Shown piece by piece: positions 43,536-53,393 of a stretch of 64,000 nucleotides of DNA. How positions within the stretch are numbered: the first letter of the stretch is position 1; each line of letters opens with the position of its first letter. The stretch lies in the NCBI GenBank assembly GCA_965242925.1, contig CBDEUM010000013.1, forward strand, positions 96,001 through 160,000. The letters run 5' to 3'. Under the pieces are notes generated by a model. That model was not told where the DNA came from, did no database searches, and saw only the letters and a list, made by a program, of their open reading frames with translations. The position numbers and the translations under genes are program-made. The stretch is from Roseibacillus sp. (GTDB taxonomy: Bacteria; Verrucomicrobiota; Verrucomicrobiia; Verrucomicrobiales; Akkermansiaceae).

Positions 43536-44543
43536 CTACGACAAGGAACGCGCCACCCTGGCCGCCAGCTCCATGAGGCGGCACGCATAGCCAAGCTCGT
43601 TGTCATACCACACCAGCACCTTCAATTGGGTTCCATCGTTCACCATGGTGGCCGGTCCATCCACAATTCCGGAACGGACATCATTGACGAAATCCGCGGA
43701 GACCAGGGGCTTCTCTTCAAACCCGAGAATTCCCTTCAGTTCCCCCTCGGAAGCCTCCCTCAGGAAACCGTTCACTTCCGGTGCACTGGTCTCCCGTGCA
43801 AGTTCGAAGACGCAGTCCGTCAGGCTGGCATTGAGGAGCGGCAGGCGCACTGCCAGACCGTTCAGTTTCCCTTCCAGTTCGGGATAGATCATCGTGATCG
43901 CGGTGGCCGATCCCGTGGTGGTGGGGATGAGGGAATTGAGCGCCGAGCGCGCCCGCCGGAAATCCTTGTGAGGTGCATCCACCACCACCTGGGTATTGGT
44001 CACATTGTGCAGGGTGGTGATCAGGCCGTGCACGATTCCAATCTTCTCCTGGATCACCTTCACCACGGGAGCAAGGCAGTTTGTCGTGCACGAGGCCGCG
44101 GTCACCAGGTCGTGCCGGGCCGGATCGTAGAGCCGGTCGTTGCAGCCCATCACAATATTGAGCGCCTCCTTGACCGGGGCCGCCACCACCACCTTGCGCA
44201 CGCCACCATCGAAATATGGCTGCAGCACCTCCCTGCTGCGAAAGGCTCCTGAACTTTCCACCACCAGGTCAATCCCCATGCCCGCCCAGTCCACTTCGCC
44301 CGGGGTCGGCTTCTCGCTGAAGCTGACTTCCTTCCCCTCCACCACGAACCGATCCTCCTCCGCCTGGATGCCACGATCCCAGCGTCCGTGTACCGTATCG
44401 TACTCCAGAAGGTGCGCCGCCAACTTGCAGCCGCCCTTGAGCTCGTTGACATGGACAATTTCGAGGTCCTCGTCGTCCCAGCCTACCCTGAGACCCAGGC
44501 GACCCATCCGCCCGAAGCCGTTGATTCCCACCCGTATGCTCAT
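43536..44543 (-). CDS. gap: ArsJ-associated glyceraldehyde-3-phosphate dehydrogenase
   Basis: [36 protein letters not shown]; lies between arsR and arsJ. Confidence 0.95.
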   Translation of the reverse strand: MSIRVGINGFGRMGRLGLRVGWDDEDLEIVHVNELKGGCKLAAHLLEYDTVHGRWDRGIQAEEDRFVVEGKEVSFSEKPTPGEVDWAGMGIDLVVESSGAFRSREVLQPYFDGGVRKVVVAAPVKEALNIVMGCNDRLYDPARHDLVTAASCTTNCLAPVVKVIQEKIGIVHGLITTLHNVTNTQVVVDAPHKDFRRARSALNSLIPTTTGSATAITMIYPELEGKLNGLAVRLPLLNASLTDCVFELARETSAPEVNGFLREASEGELKGILGFEEKPLVSADFVNDVRSGIVDGPATMVNDGTQLKVLVWYDNELGYACRLMELAARVARSLS

Positions 44544-44567
44544 CGTTGCTCCGTGTTCATGTTTGCT

Positions 44568-44903
44568 TCAGCAACAGGACTCGGCCTTGCCGAGACGCCT
44601 CGAATTCGAAAGACAAAGTTCCGGGCGTCCCTGGCAGCAATCCTCCGTCAGGAAATCCATCAGTTCGCGAAAGCCGGAAACGCGCACTCCATAGAATATC
44701 ACCCGGCCCTCCCGCTCCGCCTCGATCAAACCCGACCGGCTGAGCTCCTTGAGATGGAACGAGAGCGTCGGCTTGGGTAGTTCCAGCCGCTCCGCCAGCT
44801 CCCCCGCACAGAGCCGCCCCAGGGACACCAGCAAACGGAAGACCTCCAGCCGGGACGGATGCGCAAGGGCGGTCAGTGCCTGCACCGCTTGATTTATTTC
44901 CAT
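44568..44903 (-). CDS. arsR: ArsR/SmtB family repressor
   Basis: ALAHPSRLEVFRLL, TLSFHLKELSRSGLI, FLTEDCCQGRPELC, terminal CC. Confidence 0.92.
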   Translation of the reverse strand: MEINQAVQALTALAHPSRLEVFRLLVSLGRLCAGELAERLELPKPTLSFHLKELSRSGLIEAEREGRVIFYGVRVSGFRELMDFLTEDCCQGRPELCLSNSRRLGKAESCC

Positions 44904-44916
44904 AGTTCTAGAAATA
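44895..44916. promoter_or_regulatory. putative ArsR operator overlapping the arsR start codon
   Basis: TATTTC-N10-GAAATA inverted repeat in an AT-rich patch. Confidence 0.6.
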
Positions 44917-45212
44917 CAAAAATATAATCCTGCGGACAAGACTTAATACGGTATCCAGATCGACATTCCACTTGCCGTGAGTTCGCGTGCATTGGCAGAA
45001 AGCGATGCCGCCCCCGGTGAGTGGGATCACAATCAGGCAGGGTCACTCTCCCGGTTCCGCCACCCCTGGCCATCGGGACACACCCTCCACCGCCAGGACT
45101 CCGACTCTCCTCCTCCCCTTGGCAGGATCCCCGCACACCTCCCCTTCCACCTCGGCAACCCCTGCGGATTCTGCTGCTGGCACCAGCACAAATCCTTCCC
45201 GGCATGATGAGA

Positions 45213-48200
45213 TCACCGTGATTGGGCTATCGTCACAATGTTGTCCGTATCTGCCCTGACTTGGTGAGTCGACTCGCTCCCGTCCGGCCAGCGGACCGAA
45301 AGCTCCATATCCCTTCCGGGCCGTGCGAAGCACAGGAGGCCTCCCGAGCGGGTGGAATATCCCCCCCCAACCTGTTGCTCCCGCAATTGATGGCCCAGCC
45401 GGACCCTTGCACCAACCGCTTGCGGGTTGCCCTTGGTTCCCACCAGGCGCACCCTCAGCGGCAGCTTGCCGCCACGACGGAGGAAGGTCATCACGGGCTC
45501 CTCATTGATTCCGAAGACCAGATCCAAACGCCCGTCCGTATTGAGATCCACCACCGAAAGGCTCTTCCCGGCCCCGGGAACCTCGACTCCACTGGCAACA
45601 GGTGCAACAGGAGTAAACTGCCCCCCTCCGTCATTGAGCAGGACCTGGCCCAGGCCGCCGTCCATCCGCCCGGTCTCACGTTGGGGGCTGAAGGAATTCT
45701 GTGCCAGGACGGCGTCAAGGTCTCCGTCTCCATCGAGGTCCTCCAGCACCACACCGTAGGACGGTGCAATCTGTGCGATACGTGGCAGGGAACGCCACGT
45801 GAAGACGGCACTGCCGTCGTTGACCAGGATTCCACTCTCAAGGACATTTGCCTCCCGTCGCAGGGACTTTGACAGCCGGAGATCACTATAGATGTCATCC
45901 AGAACCGCACTGGCAAAGTTGTGGAAGGTCTCTAGTTTCACATCAAGAAAGGGCATCGCGTCGCGCGAACAACTGAAACCCCGCCGGGGAAGAAGGCGGC
46001 CTTCCGTATCATACTTGGCCTCCACGAGGTGGGACTTCCCACTTCCGTCGAGATCGCCGTAGTAGATCAACTCAGGGGATTCCGGGCTCGCCTTGTATTT
46101 TGAGTTCAGGCCGTTGTTGGTCACAAGGTAGTCGAGGTCGCCATCACCATCGATGTCTCCGCCTGCAATCCCGTTCCACCAACCCAGCCGGTCAGCGAGC
46201 TGGGACTCCGCGGTTCGATCGACGAGGACTCCCTCTTCGTTCCGAAAATAGCGCACCGGTCCCCACTCAACAGTAAGCAGAAGGTCACTCCAGCCATCAT
46301 CGTCAACATCCGACCAGAGGGCCCCGGTCACCATCCCGACCTCGTCCGCCCCGGGGAACTGCTCCGGGCCGGCCGGCACGAATGTTCCGTCCGTGTTGAT
46401 GAGCAGGTGACTCGGTGGAGCGAGGGGAAAGCTCCCCGGCACCACCCGCCCTCCAACGAAGAGATCAAGGTCACCGTCCCGGTCAAAGTCTCCCGCCGCC
46501 ACCGGCCCGGAACTGGTGCGAAAATCGGGAAGCGCTCCCTTCCCCGCGGGAGAAAGACCTCCCCGACCGTCGTTAAGATAGAGACGGTCACGATAGCTGA
46601 CGTGACCCTCCGCCTCTTCCACTCCACCACTCGCCACGAAAAGGTCCCGATCGCCGTCGCTGTCCGCGTCAAAGAACAGAGCTCCCAGGTCCTCCGCCCC
46701 GGCATCAGCAGCAAGCGCCTCCACTTCACCGACAGAGAACCGGCCATCACCCCCGTTGAAGTGAATCTGCCCTGGATATCCCCGGGATCCTCCGAGAAAG
46801 AAATCCTCATCCCCATCACCATCGAGATCGCCCCAGGCCACACAGGGACCCTGCTGTGAGAGTTTGTTGGGCAAGAGCGGCTGCCGGGAAAAATCGTCAA
46901 AAGGCTGCTCCCGGTGGATCGCGGTGGAAAGATGATCCGACCGCTCAAACAGGACCGGAAGAGCCGAATCAGCCGGGGGATCCGGCTGCCCGACCGGCTC
47001 GGTAATCAAGTGGTAATGATCAGCCTCGAGATCCGTGAGAAGCTGACGCGTCCCTCCGGGCCAGAGAATCTCGATCCTGTCAATGGTCCTCGCCGATCCC
47101 AACCCGAAGCAGGCGGCGGTATCACTGGCGGAGAGCCAGCCCCGCGCGGCGGTTACGAAGCGGGTCTGCTTACCCATCGCGGTTGTCACCGTAATAGTGG
47201 CTCCCAACCCGTCCCGGTTGCTTGCCCGGCCCATCAATTTGATCACCACACGATGAGTGTCGGCAACCCGGTTGCGATAGAGCGTGACCGGTTCCCCCGC
47301 ATTGCTGACGGCCAGATCCGGATCTCCATCACCATCAAAATCGGCACTGGCAGCACCGAAACTCACGCCAAGATGTTCCAGCCCCCACTCCGCACCGGCT
47401 GATTTGAACTTGAGATCTCCCAGGTTCCGGAAGGCCATGTTCTTTTCCTTCCGCAACGGTTTCTCAAGCCAGAACCTGGCATACTCGGGGGTCCCCGGCT
47501 GCAGGTTCTTCCTGGAATAATCGGAGAGGTCGCTGTTCATGTTGTCGCGCATTACCCCGTTGGTCACGTAGATATCAGCGCGCCCATCCTGGTCGTAGTC
47601 CTCAATACGCGGCGTCCACGTCCAGTCCGTGCTCGCCAGCCCGGCAAGGAAGGCGGCCTCCCGAAACCGTCCTGTGCCTGAGTTGAGGAGCAGCGCATTG
47701 CGCATGTACTGCCGTGGCTCGGGCCACTCAAGGAACCAACCCATGTCGTCCATGTTCCCCATCATCACCTTCTCCCGGTAATGCGAGCTCGCCGACATGT
47801 CGGAAGCGAAGAGATCAAGCAACCCGTCATTGTCGAGATCACCGACATCGCTTCCCATTGAGAACCAGGGCGTATGGGGCACTGCTTCCCTCGCGACATC
47901 CTCAAATGTGCCATCTCCACGGTTACGGTAGAGCATGTCAGGCCCCGTGAAATCGTTGGACACATAGAGGTCCGCGTCTCCATCGGCATCATAGTCAATC
48001 CAGGTAGAGGACAGCGTGAAGTAAGCACCCTTGATCCCCGCCACCCTGGAGACATCAACGAACTGCCCGCCGTCATTACGGAAGAGCCGATCACGCTGCC
48101 CCGCCTCCACACGCTGCGCCTTGTCCCCGGGCTTTATCAGGATTTCCCAGTACTCGCTCAGCTCGGGAATTACCACCGGGATTTCCTTTCCGTCACTCTC

Positions 48201-48911
48201 CCGGGGGACGAACTTCACCCTGAAGTCCGTTCCCGGTGGAGGTGCCACCGCAGTGGTCGCAAGGTAGCCGTCAAGATCGCCGTCATTATCAATATCCGTG
48301 AAGCTCATCATCATGCTCCCGCCATTGAAGTCGAGGCCCACCTCCGCGGCCCGGTCGACAAACCTTCCCGTGCCGTCATTTATGTAGAGCTTGTTGGGCC
48401 GGGTATAGCCACAGGCGTAGAGATCGAGATCTCCGTCATCGTCAATATCGACGAAACTCGCACCGGTTCCCCAGAAGCCCGGATCGGAGACCCCGGACGC
48501 CTTGGTCACATCTTCAAACTTAAATCCTCCCGTGTTTCGGTAGAGCCGGTTGCCCCCCGAGGGACTGGTAATGTAGAGATCCGGCAACCCGTCGCCATCA
48601 TAGTCACCCGCGCAGATCCCCCCGGAGGGATTGAGGAAGATGAACTCCTTGAGGACGCTGGCCGGGTCATCCCAATGCATGCCGTAGTCAATTCCCGTCC
48701 GCCCGGCCGGGAGCGCCTCAAAGAGGGCCTCCCCCTCGGCCCGGACCGCACGGACCGGGAGAGGTCGGGATTCGACGGTCCCTGGTGCCGGGGCCACCCC
48801 ACCGCGATCAGGATCCGGGCCGGCAGATGTTCCTGCCGGTTTGTCGCAACCCGCCACCACGAGCACCAGGGGTATCGCTGCACCAGCAAGCAGGTGGGAA
48901 ATCGGATTCAT
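45213..48911 (-). CDS. CRTAC1-like FG-GAP/ASPIC-UnbV lipoprotein with two beta-propeller sets
   Basis: Lipobox VVAGC, many DxDxDGDxD repeats, SMGSDVGD, STDWTW, NRDGLGA...RGWLSAS. Confidence 0.88.
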   Translation of the reverse strand: MNPISHLLAGAAIPLVLVVAGCDKPAGTSAGPDPDRGGVAPAPGTVESRPLPVRAVRAEGEALFEALPAGRTGIDYGMHWDDPASVLKEFIFLNPSGGICAGDYDGDGLPDLYITSPSGGNRLYRNTGGFKFEDVTKASGVSDPGFWGTGASFVDIDDDGDLDLYACGYTRPNKLYINDGTGRFVDRAAEVGLDFNGGSMMMSFTDIDNDGDLDGYLATTAVAPPPGTDFRVKFVPRESDGKEIPVVIPELSEYWEILIKPGDKAQRVEAGQRDRLFRNDGGQFVDVSRVAGIKGAYFTLSSTWIDYDADGDADLYVSNDFTGPDMLYRNRGDGTFEDVAREAVPHTPWFSMGSDVGDLDNDGLLDLFASDMSASSHYREKVMMGNMDDMGWFLEWPEPRQYMRNALLLNSGTGRFREAAFLAGLASTDWTWTPRIEDYDQDGRADIYVTNGVMRDNMNSDLSDYSRKNLQPGTPEYARFWLEKPLRKEKNMAFRNLGDLKFKSAGAEWGLEHLGVSFGAASADFDGDGDPDLAVSNAGEPVTLYRNRVADTHRVVIKLMGRASNRDGLGATITVTTAMGKQTRFVTAARGWLSASDTAACFGLGSARTIDRIEILWPGGTRQLLTDLEADHYHLITEPVGQPDPPADSALPVLFERSDHLSTAIHREQPFDDFSRQPLLPNKLSQQGPCVAWGDLDGDGDEDFFLGGSRGYPGQIHFNGGDGRFSVGEVEALAADAGAEDLGALFFDADSDGDRDLFVASGGVEEAEGHVSYRDRLYLNDGRGGLSPAGKGALPDFRTSSGPVAAGDFDRDGDLDLFVGGRVVPGSFPLAPPSHLLINTDGTFVPAGPEQFPGADEVGMVTGALWSDVDDDGWSDLLLTVEWGPVRYFRNEEGVLVDRTAESQLADRLGWWNGIAGGDIDGDGDLDYLVTNNGLNSKYKASPESPELIYYGDLDGSGKSHLVEAKYDTEGRLLPRRGFSCSRDAMPFLDVKLETFHNFASAVLDDIYSDLRLSKSLRREANVLESGILVNDGSAVFTWRSLPRIAQIAPSYGVVLEDLDGDGDLDAVLAQNSFSPQRETGRMDGGLGQVLLNDGGGQFTPVAPVASGVEVPGAGKSLSVVDLNTDGRLDLVFGINEEPVMTFLRRGGKLPLRVRLVGTKGNPQAVGARVRLGHQLREQQVGGGYSTRSGGLLCFARPGRDMELSVRWPDGSESTHQVRADTDNIVTIAQSR

Positions 48912-48966
48912 TGCTCTCGTGGAGTGGAGCCTGCCACCCTGTCAGCAGGGTGGCAACCATAGCTGT

Positions 48967-49005
48967 AAAAAGGGCAACACCCGCCACGGAAGATCCGGGC
49001 GGGTG
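48967..49005 (-). terminator. probable intrinsic terminator after the PEP-CTERM gene
   Basis: CACCCGCC/GGCGGGTG stem with inner CGGA/TCCG; T-run follows on the minus strand. Confidence 0.6.
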
Positions 49006-49031
49006 CTGAAAGGAAAAACTGCTGCCTCTCT

Positions 49032-49925
49032 CTACTGAGAGCGGCGCCTCCGGAGGAGAAATGCGAAACCGGTAAGACCCAGCAGACTGAAAACGGCTGG
49101 CTCCGGGATCACACTATCCGCTCCCAGTGCGATACTCGCATCGACAAAGGACTGATCCGCCGCGTTATCCCAGATGCGGAACTCCTCGAAGGTCCCGTCG
49201 AGGGTGCCATCATTGATCCAGGTCGAGCGACCGAGCCAGGTGTTGACATCATTGATGTCCCCCAGAGTCCGAGGGGCAACTCCGTCAACAGTCACGTGCT
49301 CACCATTGCGCCAGTAATTGATGACGCTCTGGGTTCCGTCACCTTCTACCGAAACGGCAAAGTGAAAGATCTCACCAAAGGTGGTATTCAAATTCGAGTC
49401 CAGGGTCGTGACCCCACCGCCGCCCGGATCCTCATTACGCCATTCAATCCGTTGCTGGTTGTAGTTCCCTCCACGGGAAGCCGACAGCATGAGGTAATCG
49501 CGTCCGTCCGTACCGCCGCCGTTGGTATTGCCGGGACCTGTGATCTCACCAGCCGCCGGGTCTCCCTGAGTGCTGCCAATATCGAAAATCCGCGTCCAGC
49601 CTCCACCACCACTTGAGTCAACCGAGACCCAACCTTCAAGAGTCACGGTGGAATGGACCGAGAGCAGGTTATTGGGGAGGTCGCCGTAGGCTGCCCGCCC
49701 GTTCATTGAGTCCCCCCCGGGAAGATCAAGTCCCGTCCCGGTGAAGTTGGCGCCGTCACCCCGGACGAATCCAGTTGCTCCTCCGACAGAATCCACAAAG
49801 GCGGACCCATCGGCAGCTGAGCCCGCAGCTTCGTTGAAGCTCCAGCGATGGATGAGCGCCGAGGATCCCGGAAGGACCGTGCTGGCAAGAAGTGCCAGGG
49901 GAAGGAAATGTCTGTGCGTTTTCAT
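49032..49925 (-). CDS. PEP-CTERM protein with a LamG-like domain
   Basis: Signal peptide, LIHRWSFNE, TLEGWV, WLGRSTW, EEFRIWD; C-terminus IPEPAVFSLLGLTGFAFLLRRRRSQ. Confidence 0.9.
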   Translation of the reverse strand: MKTHRHFLPLALLASTVLPGSSALIHRWSFNEAAGSAADGSAFVDSVGGATGFVRGDGANFTGTGLDLPGGDSMNGRAAYGDLPNNLLSVHSTVTLEGWVSVDSSGGGGWTRIFDIGSTQGDPAAGEITGPGNTNGGGTDGRDYLMLSASRGGNYNQQRIEWRNEDPGGGGVTTLDSNLNTTFGEIFHFAVSVEGDGTQSVINYWRNGEHVTVDGVAPRTLGDINDVNTWLGRSTWINDGTLDGTFEEFRIWDNAADQSFVDASIALGADSVIPEPAVFSLLGLTGFAFLLRRRRSQ

Positions 49926-50028
49926 GATGTATCCTCTGGGCTTATTGCCCAGATGGGACGAATAGCTCATTCCACCAATTTCTCGGACCCAGTCAACAGA
50001 AAATGTAACTCATGCAGTTCTCAGCAAT

Positions 50029-52479
50029 TCATGAACTTTCACTAATGTAATGTAGTTTTTGGGTCTCGAGATTCTCGAGCACCTGGATTTTCCCTGAAGG
50101 CCAGCGGATCGTGAGCCGATCCACTTGCTTGGCCGAACCCAGGCCAAAGTGAATGGAGTTACTGGCCTGGGAGCGGTAGGAATTCACCGGGAATTGATGT
50201 CGCACGATCAGGCGGCCCCCTGCCTCCGCCACCAGGCGGGCGCCGATCCCATGCCGGTTGCTGGTCGTCCCGCGCAAACGAACTGCAACCCAGTTTCCTG
50301 CTGGAAAACGGTTCTCGAATATAAGGACCGCACCTCCTCCCGTCTGGCGCACAATCAGTTCCTGCCGCCCATCTCCCTCAAGATCAGCGGCGACACAGGC
50401 CCGGGCATCTCCATCGCTGTCTGCGCCGGTCAGGTGACTGATCTCAAGGAAGCTCTCTCCTTCCATACTGAGAAAAGCCCGGTTCCTCTCATAGCTGCTC
50501 AGATTATTCTCCCAGTTGATCCTGAAGGGATCCTCCACCCAGAATTCTCCCAATGAAGGATCGGGAGCGCCAGGACAACTGGCAGTAGCTGAGCGGTTAA
50601 ATGGTTGTGACACGACAACCTGCCAGAGACAACTTCAGCCATCGGGCTTGCCCCGTTCCTGGCTGATGAATCCTGCGGTCGCGTAGAGGTCGAGCCAACC
50701 GTCATTGTTGAAGTCCGCCAGGCACGGTCCCCACGCCCATCCAACCGCGTTTACTCCCATCACGGTTCCAACCGGGGAGAATCGTTCTCCTTCCTGCCCG
50801 AGGTAGAGCTGGCTCCCATCAACCAGTCGTTCGAGTTTCCGGACCACCTGCCTGTCATATTCTCCCGGGGGAATATTGCCCATGACCCGCTGCCCGGCCT
50901 TGGAATACATTTCCCCGATATAAAGATCGGAGTAGCCATCGTTGTTGATGTCTCCCGCTGTCATTCCCATTGAACCAAAATCGGTTGGCGCCTCGTTCAG
51001 TTCCTTCCCCTGGAATTGTCCATTCGGACCATTGAGCAGCAGGATTCCATCTCCAAACTCGTCGATTACATAAAGGTCCGGCCTCAGGTCATCGTTTGCA
51101 TGGAACCAAACTGCGTTGCTGGTCGAACGCTGACCGCCATCGAGAGGCGCCCCATTGGTCGCATCCTCAAATTGCCAGCCCCCGACATTCCGCAGCAACT
51201 GGTTGTTGGCCAGCTTGCCTGCCTTGCCGTCAATCCAGGATCCCGATTTGAACCCGCCTCCTGCTCCCCGGGTGACATAGAGGTCGACCTTTCCATCGAG
51301 GTCGTAATCTGCCAGCGAAATCCCGGTGGGTTTCACCTGAGTTTTTTCCAGAACCTGCTCCCGGGTGCTGGTCTTGAATTCTTCCCGCGACATCCCGATC
51401 AGAAAGGAGGTCAGGTTGCTGCGCTCCGTGATGTCCTGAAAAAAACGACCGTTCAGATTACGGTAGAGGCGGTAGCCATCCGGATGGTGGGCAATGCCGT
51501 GGATGAGATCCTCCCAGCCGTCGCCATCCAGATCGACAAAAGCCGCAAAGCCCCCTCCCAGGTGACCACGTATGCCCAGGGCCTGCGTCCCTTCCCGAAA
51601 CAATCCCCGCGGCTGGCCGACGAAAAAGCGTGAACCCCGCATGTCGGTCACGAAGAGGTCATGGCGCCCATCGTTGTTGAAATCACAAAGGTAAACTCCG
51701 CCCGTGTTCATCACCCTCCGGTTACGGGGCTCCTTCCAGTTATCCCAGAAGAGAGCATTGTTGATTCCGCGCCCGGCAGCTACTTCGGTCATGAGAGGCT
51801 CCCTGGCATGCCCAAGCACCGCACGTGTCACATGCATGGAGACAAGCCACCCCGGGGTCGCCAGCCGCTCCTCGTTCAAGGCCGAGACTCCGAACTGAAA
51901 AAAGAGGGTGAGCTCTCCCCGTGATCCTGCCGGACCCTCCGCGAACACCTCGATCTTTCCAGTCCCGGACCAGGGTCCCCCGGGGTTGTCCCGCTCCTCC
52001 GGAGAGAGCGTGATGACATGAGTCCGCAACGTGAGATCGGCGCGCCCGCTCTGATCGAGTTCAGCCAATCTTCCCAGGATCCAGTCGGTAATCCCCTCCC
52101 GCTCGACACGCCGCGATTGACTGCTGCCAACCTCTTCGCGCACCGCAAGGATACCAGCTTGGAAGGATTGGCCTTTTCCGGCAGCTGGATGCAGTCCCTT
52201 GAACCCGGGAGCAAGGATATCAACCAACTTCTGGCGGTTCCGTGACTGCAAGGCTTCTGCAATCTGGGAAAACCCAATCTCCTTCAGGAGATTGGCACGA
52301 TGCTCGGCATCCCATATGTAACTCCGTCCCTCCTCACTGATGAGCCTGGGCGGATCGTCCGGCTCCCGGGCCACGCGATCGCTCTCATCCTTCTCGGAAC
52401 AGGAGCAAAGGAGCAGGGCCACCACCCAGCAGGGTGCTGCCCTTGCCGCGGGGAACTCCGTCATCGGTCCGGGCATCAC
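50029..52479 (-). CDS. FG-GAP + ASPIC/UnbV lipoprotein; in-frame TGA at 50637-50635 (candidate Sec615, U-x-C), 816 aa if read through
   Basis: ORFs 50635-52479 and 50029-50613 share a frame, joined by KPDG*SCLWQVV. Lipobox-like LLLCSC; NLSSYERNRAFL; NRHGIGARL...NSYRSQ...HFGLG. Confidence 0.78.
50603..50634 (-). promoter_or_regulatory. putative SECIS element
   Basis: After the TGA: AGTTGT-CTCT-GGCA-GGT-TGTC-GTGTC-ACAACC. Folds either with a GCAGGT apex or as GGTTGT-CGTGTC-ACAACC. Confidence 0.55.
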
Positions 52480-52808
52480 CTCTTTCCCTCCGTATCACCA
52501 CTCCCAGCCAGCCTCGGACAGTGGCCCGGCGATGTTGTCTCCATCGAAATCGAGAGACCTTCTCCCGACGATCTGCCCCGGTGGCCCGAAACTTTACCCA
52601 ACGACCCCGGCGCCGGGGTCCCCGGACAGCACCCCGCGAGGACGATGCGTCGGAGGAGACTGAAAGGGATGGCCATCATGAAGACTAACAGTCGCCCGAC
52701 TCCCCCCGCAAGTCTGTAAGCCCGGCGCATCAACGCCCTGGAAAGAACCCCGTATCAGGGGTGTCGGACCATCAATTCCTCTGGTTGACGGGGACGACAG
52801 GGTATGAA

Positions 52809-52836
52809 TTGACCCCTCTCCAAACCGTGGTATGGT
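52809..52836 (+). promoter_or_regulatory. sigma70-like promoter implying a leaderless transcript
   Basis: TTGACC-N16-TATGGT with upstream TG; ATG lies 7 nt after the -10. Confidence 0.55.
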
Positions 52837-52843
52837 TCCCGCC

Positions 52844-53269
52844 ATGCTCCGCAGAGTATCAGGTTCCGGATTTGCCATCGCGATGATCCTTCTCATCGCG
52901 CTGCGGATTCCTGCCTTCGCCTTTTGCGCGTGCGACCAGCAGGTCATTCTCAACAATGGTGCCTGCTGCCCGGATCAACCGACCGCCCAGGCTCAGGAGT
53001 GCGGTTGCTGTCCGGCCGAGACCGCTGCCAGGAGCGAACCCTGCCGGGACTGCGTGATCGTTATTTCCCTCAATCCCGGCGACTTCAACTGGTCTGCCGA
53101 CAGTTCCCGGGCCAAACGCGTTGAGGAAGCCCCTCCGGTGCTCCGGGCCGGTTTCCAGGACGATCTGCGCCCGGACCTTTCCCGCGCTTCTCTCCACGGT
53201 TCCATCCGTGGCTCTCCGCCCTTGGAACCGTTTCCGGTCCTCCTGCAGATCCAGGTCCTGAGACTTTGA
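52844..53269 (+). CDS. Cys-rich leader protein (DUF2946/CzcI-like) with C-terminal RGSPP
   Basis: Signal/TM segment, CAC, CC, CGCC, CRDC, then HGSIRGSPP near the C-terminus. Confidence 0.65.
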   Translation: MLRRVSGSGFAIAMILLIALRIPAFAFCACDQQVILNNGACCPDQPTAQAQECGCCPAETAARSEPCRDCVIVISLNPGDFNWSADSSRAKRVEEAPPVLRAGFQDDLRPDLSRASLHGSIRGSPPLEPFPVLLQIQVLRL

Positions 53270-53393
53270 GACCCGCGCGGCCGACAGCGCTGCTGTCGTG
53301 ACCCCGATGTGCTGCTGCTCCCGGCAGCACTGCGCCCGCGCATTGACCGATAGAACCCCGGTCTCCCCCAGTCTCCAACCGCAGGACCATTCC

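Noticed and set aside
44541..44570. arsR TGA is in frame with gapdh after a CC pair (possible Sec fusion)
   Set aside because: No hairpin follows, a GGAG RBS precedes the gapdh ATG, and both proteins are complete on their own.
52480..52800. Short ORFs in the intergenic region between the propeller gene and the metal operon
   Set aside because: No protein-like features; most simply a divergent promoter region.
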